Source: a virus
Taxonomy: Duplodnaviria; Caudoviricetes
Strand: one strand, 5' to 3'
Virus record (IMG/VR): IMGVR_UViG_3300025674_000049
Span: 1-56,361 of that record
DNA: 56,361 bases
The position numbers and the translations under genes were made by a program. Position 1 is the stretch's first letter; each line of letters starts with the position of its first letter. Under the pieces are notes generated by a model, which ran no database searches, had not been told where the DNA came from, and worked only from the letters and a program-made list of their open reading frames with translations. This document shows positions 1-6,094 of this stretch, in pieces.

Positions 1-286
1 CATAATTGCCACGCTTGTAGCACTGCCAGACAGACAGCGGCGCTTGATGCCACTTGACATAGCAGGTCTTCTGCACGAAATGGGCACAGCCACCGCAGAC
101 AGAGACGTTTGAGCCGTCGCGGTAGCCAACGTTAGGGGCAACGTCCTGGCGCAGAATCCAGGTTTGGAGCATTGCGCCAGTCTTGTCGTTGGCTGATGAC
201 TGCGCTAAACCAGTCACGATGCAGACGATGGGAGCACCGTCGATGGGGGAGGAACCCTCCCAGAGGATGAGGCCGTTTTTGTTCAT
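1..286 (-). CDS. Conserved phage hypothetical protein, partial (runs off the left edge)
   Basis: Not in ORF track. ATG at 286 reads MNKNGLILWEGSSPIDGAPIVCIVTGLAQSSANDKTGAMLQTWILRQDVAP...VCGGCAHFVQKTCYVKW, open to the edge; NxKTG and Cys cluster resemble a widespread phage family. Confidence 0.7.
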   Translation of the reverse strand, partial: MNKNGLILWEGSSPIDGAPIVCIVTGLAQSSANDKTGAMLQTWILRQDVAPNVGYRDGSNVSVCGGCAHFVQKTCYVKWHQAPLSVWQCYKRGNY

Positions 287-340
287 GCCAGTAAGGATTA
301 GTAAAGGGTTCACAGTTCATTGACTGATAACAGTCATGAA

Positions 341-502
341 TCAAACGCGTTTGATCACGTCAATAACTGCGTCAGCAGGTGCGTCTACACCCCTGACATG
401 ATTAGCAAAGTGTTCAATTGCATCGTCCATATCGATGCACTCACTGATCTCGGTCCAGCCAAATAGGCCGGACTCGGTAGTCCATGTGATACTGAAAGTC
501 AT
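341..502 (-). CDS. Small hypothetical early protein (53 aa)
   Basis: MTFSITWTTESGLFGWTEISECIDMDDAIEHFANHVRGV...; ATGA overlap with upstream gene stop; below ORF-track cutoff. Confidence 0.65.
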   Translation of the reverse strand: MTFSITWTTESGLFGWTEISECIDMDDAIEHFANHVRGVDAPADAVIDVIKRV

Positions 503-663
503 TCGCCTGATACCTCAATGGTGTGTTCGAGTGTTTCTACAATGTCCATGCAGTTGTTAAGCATTTGCACAACATTTGGGTGATAATCCTTGTCATTTAT
601 GACAAGCTGCTCCGCTTTGTGGAGCAGGTCCCACACTTCGAGTGCTTTTGAATAGCGGTCCAT
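499..663 (-). CDS. Small hypothetical early protein (54 aa)
   Basis: 3' part of ORF 499..762; ATG at 663 (MDRYSKALEVW) overlaps upstream stop as TGATG. Confidence 0.65.
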   Translation of the reverse strand: MDRYSKALEVWDLLHKAEQLVINDKDYHPNVVQMLNNCMDIVETLEHTIEVSGE

Positions 664-836
664 CAGCAGTACCCCGTCTCGCGGATACGGACGTTGCGGA
701 CGTTGCGCATCGTGGAGTTGATACGGGACACCAGCATCTCGGCCTGAGCATGGGTGCCGCACACCCAGTGCGGCGGTGCCATATCCGCGCGGGGCGGAAA
801 GTAGTCGGCATCAACGTGGAATAGTTTTTCAGTCAT
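663..836 (-). CDS. Small hypothetical early protein (57 aa)
   Basis: MTEKLFHVDADYFPPRADMAPPHWVCGTHAQAEMLVSRINSTMRNVRNVRIRETGYC; TAATG and TGATG coupling at both ends; missing from ORF track. Confidence 0.65.
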   Translation of the reverse strand: MTEKLFHVDADYFPPRADMAPPHWVCGTHAQAEMLVSRINSTMRNVRNVRIRETGYC

Positions 837-1027
837 TAGTTCACACAGTGGTGGTTGTTGTACCTGCGGAGCATTCGCATGTAGCGGGTCTCCTCTATTT
901 CGGCAGCTGTTCGCTTGGCTTCGAGCTTCGCGAGATAGTCCCGATCAAAATTCGGGACTTGCTTGTAGGACTCGACGAGAGACCGCGCATGGCGAGCATT
1001 CTCAAGGATTTCTGCTCCGACGTTCAT
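836..1027 (-). CDS. Small hypothetical early protein
   Basis: 63-aa ORF translationally coupled to both neighbours. Confidence 0.65.
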   Translation of the reverse strand: MNVGAEILENARHARSLVESYKQVPNFDRDYLAKLEAKRTAAEIEETRYMRMLRRYNNHHCVN

Positions 1028-1248
1028 TTGAGGTTGGGACGATTGGGACGTTTTCTACGGGTTATTTCCATTCCGTATGTTGCGGCTTGATCGATGTAAT
1101 ACCCCTCACGAACGGGGTTCCAGCCCCGCATGGCGTCAGCTGCCTTATGGCAGTCGGACACGATGTAGCGGAGGGAATAGGAGTCCAGCGTCTTGGCATG
1201 GCACTCCCACCTATCGAAGTGCTCGGATGTGGCGTGCTGCTGGATCAT
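1024..1248 (-). CDS. Small hypothetical early protein
   Basis: 74-aa ORF, ATGA overlaps on both sides. Confidence 0.7.
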   Translation of the reverse strand: MIQQHATSEHFDRWECHAKTLDSYSLRYIVSDCHKAADAMRGWNPVREGYYIDQAATYGMEITRRKRPNRPNLK

Positions 1249-1463
1249 TGGCCTGCCTCAATCAAGGCAAACAGTTCCTGTTTGCAGTCGGCGACGGTGG
1301 AGCCGACCACGGTGTGGAGACCGTACATGCCGTAGTAGGCGCCTTCGGCCTCGGTGATCAGAGCGATGGCCTGGGGGCGGACGCCCTCCGGGCGGGGAAC
1401 ATCTGTGCGCCAGATGAACTCCAGGTATCCGTCCGCATCTGCGCGGCGGGAATCAAATTGCAT
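1245..1463 (-). CDS. Small hypothetical early protein
   Basis: 72-aa ORF, GAGG SD-like upstream; first gene downstream of the structured RNA. Confidence 0.65.
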   Translation of the reverse strand: MQFDSRRADADGYLEFIWRTDVPRPEGVRPQAIALITEAEGAYYGMYGLHTVVGSTVADCKQELFALIEAGQ

Positions 1464-1513
1464 GTGCTAAAACCTCAGCTAGGGGATGGGTGCCCGGTGA
1501 AATGCCGGGCAAT

Positions 1514-2073
1514 AGCAGCTAGGGGGACTTGAACCCCCATACAGAAAGCCCGCCTCCACCAGGAGACGGGCAGACTGCGCCTTGCCGCCGGAGCGGTAGC
1601 CGCTAAATTCTTGCCTGACTGCCAGTCAGGGCTTTTAAGTTGCAGAGCCGGACGACAATCCGGGTTGCGTTATTCACAGGAAACCAACGGTTTACACCAA
1701 GGGCAGCGTGTTCAAGAGCTAGGTCGTTTGAGGACCGCACACTCAGAGAACCGGGATCATTGGATGAATCACCCGTGCTGCCTTGTCAGGCCGCAATCTC
1801 CTTCCCACTCACTCCCAGGTCGGTCAGGGCCACCGTGCTGATCCCTCAGCACCTGCTACACGCAACGTGGCTTGTCCCTCTGGTGGACAGAACTTGGGCG
1901 CTTTCCCGTAACGGTCAAGTGACCGCGTCCCTTGATTACACGAGCTCCGCAGAGCCACGCTTGGGGACCATCGTCCGGCAGAACCGCAGGCATCGCCGCC
2001 CTTGGATCTTTATCCGCGCTTACGTTCCGTTGCTGGCATCGCCAGCCGCAAGCTTGTTTTATGGGGCAGCTAC
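1514..2073 (-). ncRNA. Putative ~560-nt structured ncRNA with a tRNA-like 3' module
   Basis: T-arm GGGGG-TTCAAGT-CCCCC (1538-1522) then TAGCTGC (1521-1515), which pairs with GTAGCTG (2073-2067); about 10 local hairpins and two long-range helices inside; directly downstream of promoters. Confidence 0.6.
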
Positions 2074-2125
2074 TATCGGCCGCGGTTGCTTAATTCATAG
2101 ATGAGTGCCTCCTTTAGGTGAGTTA

Positions 2126-2154
2126 AGTGTTGCATGGATTGACTGGATTGTCAA
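2126..2154 (-). promoter_or_regulatory. Early sigma70-type promoter P3
   Basis: TTGACA-17 nt-AACACT with TGC just before the -10. Confidence 0.6.
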
Positions 2155-2221
2155 CCAGTTGGCCGGGAGTGTTAGGTGGGACGTCTAAGCGTCGCATGAC
2201 CTGAACCCCTCGGTTGAATCA

Positions 2222-2250
2222 ATGATGGCACAGGGTAGGGGATCTGTCAA
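2222..2250 (-). promoter_or_regulatory. Early sigma70-type promoter P2
   Basis: TTGACA-17 nt-CATCAT with TGTGC before the -10. Confidence 0.6.
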
Positions 2251-2252
2251 GC

Positions 2253-2449
2253 ACTCAACTATGAATTAGTTGAGTCTCGTGAGACTCACTAGCACGCTGG
2301 GGGACCTTTCGGATTAGAAAGGAACCGCGCGCGCGCGGGTGTGCCTAACCCAGTATTGCACAGCACGGGCGAAAGCGCAAGCCCATTGGCTGAGTCTCAT
2401 GAGACTCATGTGAGGGTCACGAGTCTCAGGTGAGTCTCACACTGAGACA
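2253..2449. repeat. Cluster of TGAGTCTC/GAGACTCA palindromic repeats
   Basis: TGAGTCTC-GT-GAGACTCA (2271-2288), TGAGTCTC-AT-GAGACTCA (2391-2408), further half-sites 2421-2449, ACTCAACTA/TAGTTGAGT inverted repeat (2253-2275). Confidence 0.8.
2352..2380 (-). promoter_or_regulatory. Early sigma70-type promoter P1
   Basis: TTGCGC-17 nt-AATACT with TGTGC before the -10. Confidence 0.5.
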
Positions 2450-2517
2450 AACCCGAAGGGGGGTACACCTGTGCATATCACTACCAGGCCCTATAAAAAT
2501 GTATATATATGTCGTCC

Positions 2518-3390
2518 TTATTCTTGAACAAGATTGCTATCATCACATAGCCTTATCCGCAACTTGCGGATTGCCTTAGCATGTACAGCGGAGGCTTTGT
2601 GGCGAGTGAGCCCGAATTCAATAGCTAATTCTTTAAGGGATTTGCCATCAAAGAAATAACCGGTCACCAAAGCGCACTCGATGGGCTCCAAGGTGTCGAG
2701 TGCGACCTCGAGTTTCTCGTCGCGCTCGGTGATCAGAGCAGCTAGCTCCGGAGACTCGAAACCGCTCGGATCGGGCGACGTCAACACTTGGTCTATCGAG
2801 TTGTCACTAAAGCGAGACAACGCGTCAAGGGACAAACAATGGGCAGCGTCACAGTTACCCAGCACGTCTTGGATGCGAGCAACTGATAATTTTGTCGCTT
2901 TTGCTAAGTCTTGCACGGTCGGGTGTGTCTCCGTCTTAGCGTTGTGTGCTACTACTGCTCGTTGAATCGTGCGCATATCGTCCTGGACATTTATAGGTAT
3001 CCGAATTGTTTGAGCTGTGTTGTAGATAGCGCGGGATATTGATTGGCGGATCCACCAATAGCTATAAGTGCTAAAGCTGTAACCTCGTGCAGGGTCAAAT
3101 AACTCTAGACTACGCATTAAACCTAAGTTACCTTCTTGAATTAAATCACCTAAATCCAATCCACGTTGCGTGTACTTCTTTGCAATGCTTATGACTAAAC
3201 GAGCGTTGGTTTCTACCATAAGGCGCATAGAGCGCTGACCACGCAGCTTGACACTGTGTGGCGCATGCTCACGGCCCCCGGGGTAGTCGACATAATCGCG
3301 GATACGTCGACAGTGGTGGAGCTGTGCTTCTTTTGTTAGTACAGGGAACCGCGTAATACTGCGCATATACGCGTCTAGCTCAGATGCCAT
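2518..3390 (-). CDS. Phage-encoded RNA polymerase sigma-70 family factor
   Basis: Region 1.2 LDAYMRSI..FPVLT; region 2 NARLVISIAKKY..RGLDLGDLIQEGNLGL..FDPARGYSFSTYSYWWIRQSI; region 4 HTH SLKELA. Confidence 0.95.
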   Translation of the reverse strand: MASELDAYMRSITRFPVLTKEAQLHHCRRIRDYVDYPGGREHAPHSVKLRGQRSMRLMVETNARLVISIAKKYTQRGLDLGDLIQEGNLGLMRSLELFDPARGYSFSTYSYWWIRQSISRAIYNTAQTIRIPINVQDDMRTIQRAVVAHNAKTETHPTVQDLAKATKLSVARIQDVLGNCDAAHCLSLDALSRFSDNSIDQVLTSPDPSGFESPELAALITERDEKLEVALDTLEPIECALVTGYFFDGKSLKELAIEFGLTRHKASAVHAKAIRKLRIRLCDDSNLVQE

Positions 3391-3397
3391 GCGTAGT

Positions 3398-3937
3398 TCA
3401 GCGCAGCTGGGCGTGTAAATCTACTATAGAGCCATTATTGTGTATGGTTTTATTGAAGTTGAAACCTACTAAACGTTCGTCAGAACGGTGTGTGCTCTTA
3501 AACGTAGCCTCAACGTCAGCACGTCTAACTTCCCAAAGCTCACCTCCTTGTTCAGTTATTAGTTTAGCTTCATTAGGAAAACGCACATCGTCAACTACGA
3601 CAGGAAGAGCCGTGGCGCTTTTTATTTCGTGGTATCCGGCAAGCCAGCATTTAAGCCACACATCGGGGTGCACATGATCACGGCCCCATTCAGTACCGAG
3701 AGTGCGTAACAAATCTCTAACGCTTATGGGAGGATAAATACCTCTAACAGCGGCTGTTTTATGCATTAAAGCTTCTTTAGCTTCTTCAGGATCGTACCCA
3801 AGAGACATAAGAAATGTAGTCGTCATGTGCTTAATAGGAGTAGCGAAACTATGTATCTTGAAGCCACGCTGGGTTAAATACTGAGCTACAGTAGTCTTAC
3901 CACAACTAGGAGCAGGAGAATAAATACCAATGAGCAT
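3398..3937 (-). CDS. Deoxynucleoside monophosphate kinase
   Basis: N-terminal P-loop SPAPSCGKTT; SFATPIK, RDLLRTLGTEWGR and DDVRFPNE motifs. Confidence 0.85.
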   Translation of the reverse strand: MLIGIYSPAPSCGKTTVAQYLTQRGFKIHSFATPIKHMTTTFLMSLGYDPEEAKEALMHKTAAVRGIYPPISVRDLLRTLGTEWGRDHVHPDVWLKCWLAGYHEIKSATALPVVVDDVRFPNEAKLITEQGGELWEVRRADVEATFKSTHRSDERLVGFNFNKTIHNNGSIVDLHAQLR

Positions 3938-3939
3938 GA

Positions 3940-4344
3940 TTAAGGGGTAGACGTGGGAAAGCCTTTGGGATTAAGCATAAGTAGAAAGATTGCGTACACT
4001 GAAGAAGCCGCGTCTTTGTACGCTTGCGGAGGTGTAGGTCCGCCTCTTTCGGGATCACCTAAGCTAAGCCAAAGTGACATAGCTATATTGTCTAAATTGA
4101 CGTTTAGTACAGATTCATCAGACATTAATTGGCAAATACTCATTAAAGCATAATAAGCTAATTCGCCCCAGCTAATCCCTAGCGTGGCACGCAGCACATC
4201 GGTTACTTCCACCGCTAAGGCTTGTAGTTGGTCTGACTTTAATAAGTCTGCAGGATCTAAATCTATGTGGCGCATGTAAGCCTCTAGGAACGCTCCATGC
4301 AACGTGTTAGCCACGTAGCCGTGAATAGGACTGATGTGAGTCAT
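3940..4344 (-). CDS. Hypothetical protein
   Basis: 134-aa ORF tightly packed in the operon. Confidence 0.7.
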   Translation of the reverse strand: MTHISPIHGYVANTLHGAFLEAYMRHIDLDPADLLKSDQLQALAVEVTDVLRATLGISWGELAYYALMSICQLMSDESVLNVNLDNIAMSLWLSLGDPERGGPTPPQAYKDAASSVYAIFLLMLNPKGFPTSTP

Positions 4345-5012
4345 GCACGCGCTCGGGTGAATCGTTCTACTCGTGCCTTGAAGTGCAGCATGTACTGAGT
4401 GAGCTGCTTACGGTTGAGCTCTTCTATCTGGGGGGCTTCATCAGGGATCGCAACCACAATGAAAGCTCTGGTTATGTTCAACCCTTGAGGTTTGTAGACA
4501 TAGTTGGCCGCAGCAACATAGGCAGCTACTTGCAAGGAGTACTCGTACATTTTGGCGGGATTGCGCAGGCGGTCAGCCGTTTTCCAATCCAGTAACGAGG
4601 GCTGATCTTCATCGTCGTCCAAGTAAGCAATGCAATCAAACGCTCCGGCGTATCGCAGGGGGTGATACACCGCGCCTTCTGTTAAAAGCGTTTTGCGTAT
4701 TCGATCCAAAAACGCCCGGCTACTGTTCCAATAGGGCGTGTTTAGAAAGTCAAACTTAGGCTCTGTACCGTCTAAGAGATAGCGCTCGATCGCATCATGA
4801 TGCCGCTCACCACGGAAGCAGGCGAGATTACAAATATCATCAGCGCGTTCTTCACCTACGGCTTCACGCCATAGTTGAAGCTCAGTGTTATCTCGGGTAG
4901 CACCGAGGATTGTCGTAACAGAGCGGCACGCTCCCAGGGGAGTTGTATAAGTGCGTTCTCCGTCGACTTGGGCACGCACGGGCTCGTATTTAGGCAGTCC
5001 CTTAATTTTCAT
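4341..5012 (-). CDS. PD-(D/E)xK exonuclease (recombination/replication)
   Basis: SVTTIL, RG..HH, E..V, YAGAFDCI, LLDWKT, YSLQVAAY motifs. Confidence 0.85.
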   Translation of the reverse strand: MKIKGLPKYEPVRAQVDGERTYTTPLGACRSVTTILGATRDNTELQLWREAVGEERADDICNLACFRGERHHDAIERYLLDGTEPKFDFLNTPYWNSSRAFLDRIRKTLLTEGAVYHPLRYAGAFDCIAYLDDDEDQPSLLDWKTADRLRNPAKMYEYSLQVAAYVAAANYVYKPQGLNITRAFIVVAIPDEAPQIEELNRKQLTQYMLHFKARVERFTRARA

Positions 5013-5257
5013 GCGGCTTGACCTTCTTCCTCGTAAGGCACGCCTTCGATTGGCATTAGCAATGCGTTAGCGTCGCAGTTAAAGACGCGCATTAAATCAC
5101 TGATTAAGTTGGGGTCGATCAATCTAGTTTTACCGCTAGCAACTCGGCCAAGCGAATAAGCAGAAGCTCCTGTCTGCTTAGCCACAGATGTTAAAGACAG
5201 ATTCAAACGAAACAAATGAAAACGAATGTTGCGGCCTAGTAGTTTAGTAGTGTCCAT
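5009..5257 (-). CDS. XRE/Cro-type HTH DNA-binding protein
   Basis: Start at MDTTKLLGRNI (5257); SLTSVAKQTGASAYSLGRVASG helix-turn-helix. Confidence 0.75.
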   Translation of the reverse strand: MDTTKLLGRNIRFHLFRLNLSLTSVAKQTGASAYSLGRVASGKTRLIDPNLISDLMRVFNCDANALLMPIEGVPYEEEGQAA

Positions 5258-5266
5258 AGCATTAGT

Positions 5267-5302
5267 AAAAAAAAAAAAGAGGGAAGCGTATGCTTCCCTT
5301 TT
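5267..5302 (-). terminator. Intrinsic terminator after the SSB gene
   Basis: AGGGAAGC-ATAC-GCTTCCCT hairpin followed by a 12-T run on the minus strand. Confidence 0.8.
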
Positions 5303-5312
5303 AGTAACTAGA

Positions 5313-5840
5313 TCAGACAGTCGGCGGAGTGAAAGGGTCTGTCCCGTCAAACAAATTATCTAGGTTGCAATAAAACTTTCCATAGCGATCTACTATTGTT
5401 GCGGGCAGGGCTTTAGGCGGTGAAGCAATAAGTGTATATGTAGTGTCTTTTTTAACACCTGTTTTGCTAATTTTAATATCGTAATTGGCTGGATCTCCGT
5501 AATCGGTGTCTTTGTAGTACTTAAACAACTGATCCATAAGAGTTTTTTGAGTCATCTGAAGAATCTTAAAACTATCAGATTCGTAGCTATAGACAAGAGC
5601 AGCTAAAAAACGCTTGATAGGCTGAAAGCCCTCTTGCACTTTAATGTTTGCCGGCAGCTTTGCTGGCTTAGTTTGCCAACGAACGGGCAAATTTTCGTCA
5701 GTCCAACCCTCGAAGCCAGTAATACCGGCACCGAGAATACGAAGACGAACTTCTTCTGTAATTTTAGCCGGATTAATGTAGTTGCTTTGAGACTCTTTCT
5801 GGATTGCTTCTACGTCGTCTAGGAGAAGAAAAGGGCTCAT
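5313..5840 (-). CDS. Putative single-stranded DNA-binding protein (gp32-like)
   Basis: VRLRIL, KILQMTQKTL, YGDP.NYDIKISKTG..KDTTY pattern and acidic DPF C-terminus; adjacent to the exonuclease. Confidence 0.65.
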   Translation of the reverse strand: MSPFLLLDDVEAIQKESQSNYINPAKITEEVRLRILGAGITGFEGWTDENLPVRWQTKPAKLPANIKVQEGFQPIKRFLAALVYSYESDSFKILQMTQKTLMDQLFKYYKDTDYGDPANYDIKISKTGVKKDTTYTLIASPPKALPATIVDRYGKFYCNLDNLFDGTDPFTPPTV

Positions 5841-6041
5841 GGGGTGGTACTCAGGGGAAAAAAAGTGAAGGATGTGCCGAAGACCAGGAAGTTACCTGGC
5901 CTAAGGTCCAGTGTATGGGATAAAAGTGCATATGGCAAGCATGTCTGTGAATCTGTCCTAGATAGGACTAGGTTCGCGCAATCTTGATGCACCGCTTGTA
6001 CTTTCAGGCGGCTTTCGCTAGGCTTACAGAACGCTCCAGAC

Positions 6042-6067
6042 AAAAAAAAACCCTGCCATGGGCAGGG
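6042..6067 (-). terminator. Intrinsic terminator-like hairpin
   Basis: CCCTGCC-CAT-GGCAGGG followed by T9 on the minus strand, in the divergent intergenic region. Confidence 0.55.
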
Positions 6068-6094
6068 GGAGCGCATTCACACGAAACTAGCTTA

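Noticed and set aside
132-344. 70-aa ORF in the track
   Set aside because: A different frame starting at ATG 286 gives a far more protein-like product that runs off the edge.
1514-1590. Canonical tRNA gene at the GGTTCAAGTCC T-arm
   Set aside because: No D-arm, anticodon arm or acceptor 5' strand within about 90 nt; the acceptor partner is about 550 nt upstream and no CCA is encoded.
1611-2104. Plus-strand ORFs 1611..1841 and 1640..2104
   Set aside because: TTG starts, no SD, non-protein-like composition, antisense to the promoters; better explained by the structured RNA.
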